The notes under the pieces were generated by a model. That model was not told the DNA's origin, did not search any database, and was given only the letters and a program-made list of their open reading frames with translations. The translations under genes and the position numbers were made by a program. Shown in pieces: positions 24,666-35,873 of a stretch of 64,000 nt of DNA. The stretch's first letter is position 1, and each line of letters starts with the position of its first letter. The DNA is from Squalus acanthias (taxonomy: Eukaryota): the NCBI GenBank assembly GCA_030390025.1, contig CM059432.1:25670001-25734000 (forward strand). Direction: 5' to 3'.

Positions 24666-25879
24666 ATAAATAGACATACAAACAAACAGATCGATGACAC
24701 GACCAGCCTATGCTCACGATTTTTTTCCATTATAAGCTTAGTGATTTGTGGTACGACCGTTCTACAAAATCTTCTTAATCTACAGAAGGAACTGGGATCC
24801 TATCCCTTAAGTGCAGAAACGATACGTGGAGTAGACACTGATCCTTGCAATGTCTGCTTTCTGTAAGCAGCTTTGACAAGCTTCAATTACTTCTCATTAA
24901 AAGTGCCTTGACATTGAAACATGCCGGTCTTGTTGCTTTAACTGGCAAGCGGTTTGGAATTTTGTTTTAAATTTTGTTTTTCACGAAGACCTGCTCTGGC
25001 ACGATTTGCTTCCATGAGCATCACTTAAATCCCACAGCATGCATGTCACAACAGCTTCAATTATGAGCCTCTGATGGTTGCTGGGGCCACCGCATGTGGC
25101 TTCTCGTTCATTAAATTTTGCGGCTGAACAAGCCGCCCTGCTCTCTCTCCCCCCCCCACCCCCCTCTCCGTGTCTGCTATTAGTCTTGCTTCCAATGAAT
25201 CATGCTGACCCGACATACTCAGTGCTCCGCACCTGCTCACAGCTATTAGTGAAGTCACTGAAATGGTAAATAAAGCCAGTGAGCAGGCGAGTTGTGGTGG
25301 CGCTTTCATTCGCTCCCGCTCTCTCCGCACTTTCAAGTGGCTCACCCCTTCCATCCCTCACACTCCTCTTGCAGCAAATATGAAAACTTTAAATCACCGA
25401 ATGTTCCGCAGTAAATTTTTAAATTAGACCAGTCACTGTAACATCATAATCCTGCTTTATGAGAAGTGAGCCCCTGCAGATGTGTCTCAAGTCCCAGTGT
25501 GCTGTGGAGTGCAAAAAAAAATCACAAATTGCATTCTTATTTTTCATATTCTTTTGTCTAATTCTCATCGTCATTTAAAACTCTTGAAGTCAATGAACTA
25601 TCCCTTTCATCATGAAAATGCATTTAGCAAAGCTTTTTTTATACAGATACATGACTTAAATTGTATTGAAACTCAAGGGCAGATGACTTTAGTGTTGTCA
25701 CCTTTTGTCAAGTCAAAAAATGAATAAAGGCCAGAGTAAAGATGAAGCAGGGGTGAGGTAATCGTGGCTTGAGTTCTGGTGTTTTGCTTTTCTGCTGATG
25801 AAAATTCATTACAAATCTTAAGACCTTTGCAAGCCTTGATCATTAGTGTTCGTCATGTAAGATGGGGGACGAGGGTAGA

Positions 25880-26130
25880 CAGAGCGGGTGGTGGAGGAAA
25901 GAGAGGGTATCACAGGCGAGCCTGATCCTGTTCTAAACTGGTGTCCACCCACATGCACTCTCAGCAGGGTTGCTAGCAAGAACTCCATGCTGATTTTCTC
26001 TCCCCTGCTCAAAGGTGCTGAGACCAATTGTAGCAACCCCAACCACAACTCTAACAGAGATGAGCTAACTAGCATAGATCAGGGTTCAAATCTGGGACCT
26101 CCTCAGGTTAAACTCCTTACTGAATAAACT
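25880..26130 (-). mobile_element. LF-SINE-like fragment
   Basis: Reverse complement of the same body (ctgattttctctcccc...gctgagaccaattgtagc...agctaact.agcatagatcaggg). Confidence 0.6.
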
Positions 26131-26299
26131 CATTGGGTGCTCTGACTCTTACTATTTACAATACAGTATTTTTGCTGTTGGTTTTATGGCAGAAATGGAA
26201 ATGTAGGAAATCATAAAAGATTCATTATTTTTTGGTTACTAAGTGGCACATTATATACGGGTGTGATACCGATTCACACATTGCAGAGGGTCCTTAGGC

Positions 26300-26632
26300 T
26301 GTGTGAGGTTAGACAATTTCTGTTAGCGTAGCAGCAGGGGTACTGCTCTTGGCCTCAAGGTCCCAGGGATGGCGAGATAAAAAAAAATCAGCCATGGTTG
26401 TCACTCCTAATCACGCTCCCTTGTCTCCTGATAGAACTTATGTACATCTGGATATCAGGTGAGAACAGAATCAGCCATTGCAACCCCATGATCAAATAAC
26501 CAGTTGACATTCACTGCCTGGGCTCATAAATGAAAGATGAGCTCTTGAAGGTGGTTCTAGAGGGCTGTCAGCACCAATGGAACCAACTTCAGTAAGAGTT
26601 ACTGCCTTCAGGAGAGGAGAGGGAAGAGGAAG
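26300..26632 (+). mobile_element. LF-SINE-like copy
   Basis: ttggcctca..g.ccc.ggg...aaaaatcagcca.ggtt...caggtgagaacaga...gccttcaggagaggag 3' end. Confidence 0.7.
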
Positions 26633-26691
26633 AAAACAGCAGGATCTTTGACACTTTTCTGTTTCAGCATTCTACATTTTAATTGTTTTCT

Positions 26692-27083
26692 ACTGGGCTT
26701 GTATTCCATTGAGTATAGAACATTAATGGGTAATCTAATGGAGGTGTTTATGAACATTACAGGGTTTGATAGGGTAGATAGAGAGAAACTATTTCCTCTG
26801 CTGGAGGAATCCAGGACATGGGAGTATAACCTTAAAATTAGAGCTAGGATGTTCAGGTGTGATGTCAGGAAACTCTCTTCCCCAAAAGCTTTTGAATCCA
26901 GGTCAATTGAAAATTCAAAACTGAGATTGATACATTTTTGTTAGGTAAGGGTATTAGAGGATATGGAGCAAAGGCAGGTAAATGGAGTTGAGGTACAGAT
27001 CAGCCAAGATCTAATTGACTGGCAGAAGAGGCTTGAGGGGCTGAATGGCCCACTCCTGTTCCTATGTTCCTTCCTATGTTTCT
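26692..27083 (+). mobile_element. CR1 3' fragment
   Basis: LGLYSIEYRTLMGNLMEVF..GFDRVDREKLFPL; tail ggctgaatggcccactcctgttcctatgttcc. Confidence 0.85.
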
Positions 27084-27264
27084 ATTGCTGAATAATCTTC
27101 AGCTTAAGGACTGCTCTGATGAATCTAGGAGATGGACTGTCACTCAAAGATGAAACAACAGTGTCATTTTACAAACCTGCACTTCTGGCAGGGAGCCTTG
27201 TCATCCATGCAGCGTATATCCAGAAATTTGGATTTTGCACAAGTTATCAATAAGCACTCCCAGT

Positions 27265-27673
27265 CATAGAATCATAGAATGGTTACAGCACAGAAGGAGG
27301 CCATTCGGCCTGTCGAGCCCGTGCCGGCTCTCTGCAAGAGCACTTCAGCTAGTCCCACTCCCCCGCCCTTTCCCCATAGCCCTGCAATTTTATTTCCTTC
27401 AGGTACTTAGCCAATTCCCTTTTGAAAGCCACACTTAAATCTGCCTGCACCACTATTTCAGGCAGTGCATTCCAGATCCTAACCACTCGCTGCATAAAAA
27501 AGTTTTTCCTCATGTCACCTTTAGTTCATTTGCCAATCACCTTAAATCTGTGTCCTCTGGTTCTCGACCCTTCTGCCAATGGGAACAGTTTCTCTCTATC
27601 TACTCTGTCTAGACCGCTCATGATTTTGAACACCTCTATCAAATCTCCTCTCGACCTTCTCTGCTCTAAGGAG
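27265..27673 (-). mobile_element. CR1 3' fragment
   Basis: Closely similar to 17245-17650 and 48210-48570. Confidence 0.9.
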
Positions 27674-28079
27674 AGGCTTCCCACTGGCAGCACAGACTCA
27701 TAAGATTACCCCCTATGAACCAAGCATAACCTTCAAGGGCGCTATTTTAAATAAATGACAAGTCCCACTTGGTGGATGAATGGTGGATAGTGTTTAAGTG
27801 GTTCAAGGATCTGCCAGTCCACTAATAGCAACATGTGTCTACTTCATTTCCAATTTGAGGAAATGTCTATCTCCTGGGCTAATCAGAGAAACCCTAATTA
27901 GGGATCATTCACAATGGCTGGAGGTAATTAAGGGTCTTTGTCACTGGATCAGAGGAGAGCGTGATGGTATAACCACTGATAAGACAATGTCAACCCACCA
28001 TTAAATGTTTTTGCTGGTCATTTTTTTTAATGTTCACAATTATAATTTTAAACCTACAAGAAAATAGAATCCACTCCCC

Positions 28080-28775
28080 AATGGCTAAGTGTGTAAAGTC
28101 TCTGGCAGGCATGGTACTGAGCCATACTTGATCAGGAAGGTCCACAATTGATTTCAGTATTTTTGGGTTAGGGAAGAGAAAGGATCAGCCAGGGCTCCCA
28201 CTCCAATCGCTATCGTGAACCCTGCTGGCGAGTCCATGTGTGTGAAGGTCAGGCGGAGACAGGATTGGGCTCAACTTTGATGCACCCAGCGTTGAACAGC
28301 CTTCTGGTATTCAGATAAGTGCAGGCAACAGAAGAATCCCTGGTAGCTAGTGCAGCATCCATCAGGAATTCTACTGCTGCCAATTAATTAAAGGCTTGAT
28401 CTATGGGATAAACTGCTTCCTATGTGGATTCACACCTAGAACCATAAAAGTTTACAACACGTAAGGAGGCCATTCTGTCCGTACTGGCTGTCTCTTCAAG
28501 CATTCCAATACTAATCCCAGTGCCCCACTCTCTGCCCATAGCCCTGTATCTTCCCAGCTTTGAATTTTCCTTTAAAAGATGCAATGGTTTCTGCCTCAAT
28601 TATTCCTTGTGGCAAAGCATTCCACACTACAACAGCCGCTACTTAATTAAATTTCTCCCATCTTCTCTCTTCACTCTGAGTGAAGAATAGCCACTTCAGT
28701 GATGTACCAGAGGGCTGTTAACAGTTGTGGCACTCTACCCCAGCACCACCAGGAGAGGGAAGGGGGAAAATGGAA
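28080..28775 (+). mobile_element. LF-SINE-like copy split by a minus-strand CR1 tail (about 28437-28675)
   Basis: 5' body at 28080-28305 (atcagccagggctcccactcc..atcgctatc..ccctgctgg..gacaggattgggctc); 3' part at 28677-28775 (tgaagaatagccactt...caggagagggaagggggaaaatgg). Confidence 0.6.
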
Positions 28776-29396
28776 AAAAGAAATGTCAAAGTTTGCTATG
28801 CAAACTTTTCTTAACATCCCATATGGCAAACGTCTAGTTATATTTTCTAACAGACTTTGCCAACAACTGAGGCTGCCCAGTGCTGTAACAATTTCCCTTT
28901 AAGGCACTATAACCGTGTGGGACACATATTGAAAGTTCTTCCTCCTACAGGCAGATACCTTACCCTTTTAATTATGGTACAGACATATAACAGAAGTCAG
29001 TAAAGGGCTGGCTTGAATTGCATCCATCAGGGACTTTCCTGTTGCCAATTGGTTGAAGGTTTGATGTCTACAGGGTGCAGTAAATATTAAGAAAAGTCAA
29101 TTTTGTCTGCAAGATGGGCAAGTAGAGCTCACTGGGAAAATATCTGTGGAGGTGAAGTACAGGTGATACATTAGTTTATTCTGACCTATTATGAACAGGC
29201 TTTTAATATCTGACTATGGGTCATTAATAGGTACTTAATGGTGCAGAATAGAAGATGGAGGGGTTCAAGGTCACCTTAACTCACTAGTAGGGAGGACAAC
29301 GTAATTAAAGCAGTTTCTCTAAGCATAAATGTAATGCCATTTATTTGAAATTAAAATCCAGTCACCAATCAGACCTGCTGTTAAAGCTTTCAGCAC

Positions 29397-29550
29397 CATA
29401 GAATCATAGAAACACACAGCATAAAGGAGACCATTTGACGCATCGTGCCTGTGCTGGCTCTCTGAAGGAATGATCCAATTAGTTGCACACCCCTGCCCTT
29501 TCCCCATAGACCTGCACATTTTTCCATTTCAAGAATCTTTTCTTTTAATT
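29397..29550 (-). mobile_element. CR1 3' tail
   Basis: catagaatcatagaaac..acagc...ccctgccctttccccatag. Confidence 0.8.
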
Positions 29551-29879
29551 CCTCTCCCCCTACCCCGATTTTCTCCCCTCCTGTACTGAAGGTGTTGACT
29601 CCTGTTGGGATACAGTTCCACGGGTAAAGGCTCCCCTCCAGTACCTCACCCAAGTGTCATTTTCCCTGTAATTTCCTATCTGAATGGTGAGTGTCAGCAG
29701 GCTTTTGGTGTGACCATATGTCCACGAACGTCTGAAGTCTACAATTAAGTCTGTGTGTGAATAGATCTGTTTAATAGCATAGTTCATTCCAAAAATGTCT
29801 GGTGTGGCTGAGATGAACCACCTTCTGGAATGACGTGAGATATAGTAGAATTCTCACGTGCCATCCAATAGCAATAAAA

Positions 29880-30055
29880 TGGCAGGTGGCCCTGTTTCAG
29901 GAGGTACAACAAAGAAGGACAGCTGTATTTGGAGCAGAACATTACCTTCCATTAAATACATAGGTGACAGCTGAATGGAAGGAGGTTGTGATGTAAGTGA
30001 TTGGTAGGGGGAGATGCCAGCACTCTGCTCCAAAACAAATTTAACAATCTCCCCA
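29880..30055 (+). pseudogene. Highly decayed Myb/SANT exon, probably from an old Harbinger element
   Basis: Fragments translate as LFQEVQQRRTAVFG, AEWKEV and QNKFNNL. Confidence 0.45.
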
Positions 30056-30184
30056 CAGTCCCCTTTTTAAGGGGCCCACTTCAAAATATTATTTTAATGT
30101 TCGAGGCCAGATGGACTTCACTTCTGCTGTGGGTCAGGGAGGCGTGCCTGATGAAGCTGGATTCTGACTGAGGGGCCTGTTGGC

Positions 30185-31060
30185 CTAGCTTTAATTTGTT
30201 CTGGATTCCCCCACCAGAGGAAATAGCTTCTATCTAACCTATTGAATCCTTTTCTCATTTTAAACACTTCAATTGTATTACCCCTCAACCTTCTAAACTC
30301 AAAAGAATACATGCCAAGTTTATGCAATCTGCCCTGATAACTTTACCCTTTAAGCTCTGGTATTGTGATGAATCTTCACCCTACCCCCTCCAAGGCCAAT
30401 GTATCATTCCTGAGGGGTGATGCTCAAAACTGAAGCAGTACTCCAGATGGGTTTCTGACCAAGGCTCTGTACAATTGAAACATCACTTTGTACTCCAACC
30501 CCCTTGAAGGCCAAGATTCCATTAACCCTTTTGATTACTTTTTGTATCTGCACACTAGCTTTTAGAGATTTGTGTACCTGGACATCCAAATTATTTTGCA
30601 TACTGAATGAAGGAAAAGGGGTTCAAGGGATATAATATAGACATATATTATACACACACAGAAGTACAAAGAAAGTACAAGACAGAAACAGGTCATTCGG
30701 TCCAACCAGTCTATGTTGGTGATTTCCCTCCATGCAAGCAAATATTCCTAATTGCATTTACTCACCCTTTTCCTATATCCCTTCAACTCCTTTTCCTTCA
30801 TCCACCTATCCAATCTAATCATGAATGTTGGCGTAGTTTCTGCCTCGACCTTTAACCCTGGAAGTGAATTCCACAGCCTCACGATTCCCTGTGTAAAGAA
30901 TTTTCTCCTGCCCTCTGTTCTAAATCTCTCAAATTTAATCTTGTTTCTATGGCCCCTTGTTCTTGATCCCTCAACTAGTGGAAACAGGCTGCTTCTATCT
31001 ACTCAGTCTCAGCCTTTCATAATTTGAAACACTTCTCCCCGTAATCTGCAATGTTCTAAG
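30185..31060 (-). mobile_element. Two old CR1 3' fragments
   Basis: LGMYSFEFRRLRGNTIEVFK and LDVQVHKSLKAS.Q; a second tail at 30660-31060. Confidence 0.8.
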
Positions 31061-32113
31061 AAAAAAAAGAGTTGATTTTCCAAGTCTAAAATCCGCTCAA
31101 TTTTAAATTTTATTTAATTTACATGGAAATTAGCCTCTCTGTCCAGCTTTTAATTAAACGGCAGCACGTGTAAAATGAAAGCTCGGACATCTTATTTAAC
31201 GAATCACACACCTTGCATCCATCCCAAGCAGAGGTAGAAACAATTGATATAATAAATGGTTACAATTAAAAAGATTGAAATAGGCTATGTAAGGGATGAG
31301 ATTCCCACTTCAATGAAAAATGGAGAATGCCTGGCTTCTTCTGAAATTAATGACCCGCTGAGAATATTGCATTCTCAGAAATTGGCTATTGCATTCTCAG
31401 AAATTGGCAATTAAAGGCATAGTCTGGATCACAGGGAGTGAGGGCATTCTGACAGGAATCGTCTGACACTGAACCCGAAGAAGATAACTAGTGTGAAAAC
31501 TGAAACTGTACCAAATTCAAAGCCATGCTTTCCTGCAATTTTATTAGCAGATTCTTAATTATGGAGAAAAACTGGCATCCTTCATCCTCCTGTTTTTCAT
31601 TAAAAATGACATTTTAGCCCTACGGTATGATTTTTTTTCAGTCACTTTGGAGCAGAGCTCACTCTTTCTAATTCGACTGCATATTTTTACAAGCCTGGTG
31701 GCTGCATTTAAAATGAGAAGCATAAGGGGGAGGTACACTGGCACCAGTACATTCTGTCATGAAGCACCAGCTCGATCTTGCAAATCCCCTGCACCACAAG
31801 ACATTGATTTCAGCCCTGCCAAGCACGTCTTCCTATAGTGAGGGAGGGAAAATGAGTCACTAACTGCAGACTGAGTGCAGACCGTCTAGTTGTCTCTCAT
31901 CGAGGAATGGTGGGTGGCATGAGGAGACAAAGGAAGCAAAGGATTTTGGTGGGGGGGGGCGGGGGAGGGGTATTAAAAGATTCTGTACAAATTACCTCCT
32001 TTGTTAATTTGAGAGTTAAAGTAAAATAGAAAGACGGAAAAATAGATGACACAGATACTCCACGAAGGGTGTTGATGTAGCTAAAGGTGAAGTTGAATGA
32101 GGCCTAGAATCAT

Positions 32114-32228
32114 TACACGGACTGCAGCAGTTCAAGAAGGCGGCTCACCACAATCTTCTCAAGGGCAATTAGGGATGGGCAATAAATGCTGGCCTTGCCA
32201 GCGACGCCCACATCCCATAAAAAAACGA
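32114..32228 (+). mobile_element. LINE family B 3' tail
   Basis: acacggactgcagcagttcaagaaggcggctcacc...gccagcgacgcccacatcccataaaaaa. Confidence 0.85.
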
Positions 32229-32239
32229 ATATTTTTTTT

Positions 32240-35200
32240 TACAGCACAGTAGGAGGCCATTCGGCCCGTCGAGCCCGTGCTGGCTCTCTGCAAGAGCACT
32301 TCAGCTAGTCCCAAACCCCAGCCCTTGCTCCGTAGCCCTGCAAATTTAATCCTTCAGGTAATTATCTAATTCCCTTTTGAAAGCCACGCTTGAACCTGCC
32401 TCCACCACCCTTTCAGGCAGTGCATTCCAGATCCTAACCACTCACTGCATAAAAAAGTTTCCCCTCATGTCGCCTTGGGATCTTCTTCCAATCACCTTAA
32501 ATCTGTGTCCTCTGGTTTTTGACCCTTCTGCCAATGGGAACAGTTTCTCTCTATCTACTCTGTCTAGACCCATGATTTTGAACAACGCTAACAAATCTCC
32601 TCTCAATCTTCTCTGCTCTAAGGAGAACAACGCCAGCCTCTCCAGTCTATCCACGTAACTGAAGTCCCTCATTCCCTGGAACCATTCTTGTAAATCTTTT
32701 CTGCACCTTCTCTAAAGCCTTCACATCCTTCCTAAAGCCCAGCACTTTATAAATGTTCAGCACAACTTCTCTACTTTTGTACTCAATACCTCTATTTATG
32801 AAGCCCAAGATCCCATATGCTTTGCTAACCACTCTCTCAATATATCCTGCCACCGTCAGGGACCTATGCACATTAACTCCCAAGTCCCTCTGTCCCTGCA
32901 CACTCTTTAAAACGGTGTCATTAAGTGTATATTGCCTCTCCCTGTTCCTTCTGCCAAAATGCATCACCTCACACTTCTCTGTATTAAATTCCATCTGCCA
33001 CTTGTCTGCCCATTCTGCTAGCCTTTCTATGTCCTGTTGCAGTCGATTGGTATCATCATCACTGTTTGCCACACCCCCAAGTTTGGTGTCATCGGCAAAT
33101 TTAGAAATTCTACTCTGTATTCCAATATCCAGGTCATTTATATATATCAAAAAAAGCAGTGGCCCCAGCACTGACCCTTGGGGAACACCACTGTCTACCA
33201 TCCTCCAGTCTGAAAAACAGCCATTTACCACAACTCGCTGTTTTCTGTCCTTAAGCCAATTCCTTATACAAGCTGCCACTGACCCACCTATTCCATGAGC
33301 TTCAATTTTGTTAACCAGCCCTCTATGTGGTTCTTTGTCAAACGCCTTCTGAAAATCTATGTAGACAACATCCATTGCATTCCCTTCATCAATCCTCCCT
33401 GTTACTTCATCAAAAAATTTAATTAGTTTAGTCAAATCCGTGTTGCCTCTCCTTAATTAGCTTAAACTTCTCCACGTGCCCATTAATTTTTTCCTTGATT
33501 ATTGTTTCTAAAACTTTACCACCACTGATGTTAAACTATCCGGTCTGTAGTTACTAGGATTCTCCTTACACCCTTTCTTGAAGGGGGTCGTTCGGCCTGA
33601 TTGCCTGCCTCTCTTCCGCGGCCATGTTCGCGCCCGGGTGGCCCTAGAGATGGAGCACGCGGTGTCCGCCGGCACGCTTGAGTTTTTCCGCGACCGGTGG
33701 GCGCCGCGGGGACTGGAGTGCATCGTCACCCCGGGCTACCAAATTTTAATTTAATTTGTTAAGTTTCCTTTGAAGTTTTATTGATTTACAGTGATTTGGT
33801 TTTGTGCCCACATAAAAGAGTACACCCTTTCTTGAACAATGGTGTCACATTTGCCAATTTCCAATCCTCAGGCACCTCCCCCCGCATCTAGGGAAGATTG
33901 GAAAATTATGGCAATCCCTTCCGCTATCTCCTCCCCCAATTTCCTTAGCAACCTGGGATGCAAGCCATCTGGACCAGGCGACTTATCCACTCTAAGCAGA
34001 CCCAGCCTTTCTAGTACATCCTGTCGATTAATTTTCACCCTTCCATTGCTTCTACCATTTCCACTTCTACTGATATTTTGTCAGCATCCACCTCCTTAGT
34101 AAACACTGATACAAAGTACTCATTGAGTATTCTAGCCTTGCCCTGCGCCTCTAAGCATATATCACCTTCTTTGTCCCTAATAGGCCCCACCCCGCCTCTT
34201 ACTACCCGCTTACTGTTTACATGCCGGTAGAAGATTTTGGGGTTCCCTTTTATGTTAACCGCTATTCTACTCTCATATTCTCTCCTTGCCAATCTTATTT
34301 TCATCTTCACTTCCCCTCTCAACCTATTGTATTTGGTCTGGTTCTCCCTTGAAGAATTCACCTGACATGCATCATACACCCTCTTTTTTTGTTTCATCAT
34401 CTTCTCTATCTCCCTCACCATCCAAGGAGCCCTTGCTTTGGTTCCCTTACCCTTCCCTCTTGTTGGAATGTACCTAGCCTGTACTTGGAACATCTCCTCC
34501 TTAAAGATCACCCATTGTTCCGTTACAGTTTTTCCTGTCAGTCTTTGGTTCCATTTTACTCTGGCTAGATCCTTTTGCATCCCATTGAAGTTAGCCCTAT
34601 TCCAGTTTAGAAATTCCACTCTAGATTGATCCTTTCTCCTCTCCATTGCTAATCTAAATCTTATGATACGATGATCACTCATACCCAAGTGTTCTCCCAC
34701 AGACACTTGGTTGACCTGGCTCACCTCATTCCCCAGCACCAGATCTAGCAATGCCTCCTTCCTAGTTGGGCCAAGAACATACTGGTCAGGGAAATTCTCC
34801 TGAACACATTTCAGAAATTCCTCCCCCTCCTTTCCCTTTACCCTAGCATTATCCCAATCGATATTTGGGTAATTAAAATCTCGTAATATCACCACTCTAT
34901 AGCTTTTACATATCTCTGCAATTTCCCTACAGATTTGCTCCTCTACCTCCCTCTCACTATTTGGAGGCCTGTAGAATACCCCCAATAACGTGATCATACC
35001 CTTTTTGCTCTTCAACTCTAACCAAATGGATTCTGTCCTTGTCCCCTCAAGAACATCCTCCCTTTCCAATACTACACTGTCTTCCTTAATCAGCACTACC
35101 ACCCCACCTCCCTTTTTTCCATCCCTATCTTTTCTGAACACCTTGTACCCTTGAATATTAAGTGCCCAGTCCTCACTATTTTTAAGCAACATTTCCGTTA

Positions 35201-35370
35201 TTGCCACAACATCATATTGCCACACGGCTAATTGTGCTTGTAGCTAACCAACATTATTCACCGCACTTTGTGCGTTTACATACATGCATTCTAAACCCAT
35301 TTTTGAATTTTTCGTAGTCTTTCTTAGTCTGCTCCTATACAATATGGTACTACTTCCGCCTCTAGTACTA
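32240..35370 (-). mobile_element. Chimeric CR1: tail of one subfamily (32240-32737) joined to the subfamily A ORF2 body (32738-35370)
   Basis: ORF 34035-35225 (396 aa, APE endonuclease plus linker) and ORF 32647-33435 (RT: GVPQGSVLGPLLF, KFADDTKL). The body is closely similar to 8480-12265. Confidence 0.93.
33583..33820 (+). mobile_element. Tx1/L1-clade non-LTR element 3' fragment
   Basis: Perfect 16-bp TSD tacaccctttcttgaa (33567-33582 and 33821-33836). Translation GVVRPDCLPLFRGHVRARVALEMEHAVSAGTLEFFRDRWAP..C resembles the Tx1 ORF2 C-terminus. T-rich 3' UTR. Confidence 0.75.
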
Positions 35371-35388
35371 CTTTCTTTTCCTGTGTCA

Positions 35389-35873
35389 GCCCTTGAGACG
35401 GTGCAGCGGAGAGTTACTAGAATGGTTCCGGGGATGGGGGACCTTAGCTACAATGACAGGTTGGAGAATCTGGATTTGTTTTCATTAGAGCAAAGGAGGT
35501 TGAGGGGTGATTTGATAGAGGTGTACAAGTTTATGACGGGTTTGGATATGCTAGACGGGGAAAGGCTGTTCCCACTAGTTGATGGTACAAGGACTAGGAG
35601 ACACAGATTTAAGGTTTTGGGCAAGAGATACACCTTGAGGAAAAGCTTTTTTACGCAGCGAGTGGTGAGGACCTGGAACCCGCTGCCGACGGAAGTGGTG
35701 GAAGCGGAGACACTCAATGTTTTCAAGGGGAGATTGGATAGGTACTTGAGGGAAATAAACTTGCAGGGCTACGGGGATAGAGCGGGGGAATGGGACTGAC
35801 TGGATTGCTCTACAGAGAGCCGGCACGGACTCAATGGGCCGAATGACCTCCTTCTGAGCCATTATGACTCTAT
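35389..35873 (+). mobile_element. CR1 subfamily A 3' end
   Basis: Closely similar to 12327-12659 plus 13416-13575. Confidence 0.92.

Noticed and set aside
31559..31835. Possible minus-strand exon after acceptor ccctcactatag
   Set aside because: Frames end in stops with no recognisable peptide and no clear donor.
34035..35225. Longest ORF (396 aa) as a host endonuclease gene
   Set aside because: It is CR1 ORF2 sequence, with a closely similar frameshifted copy at 8.6-9.8 kb.
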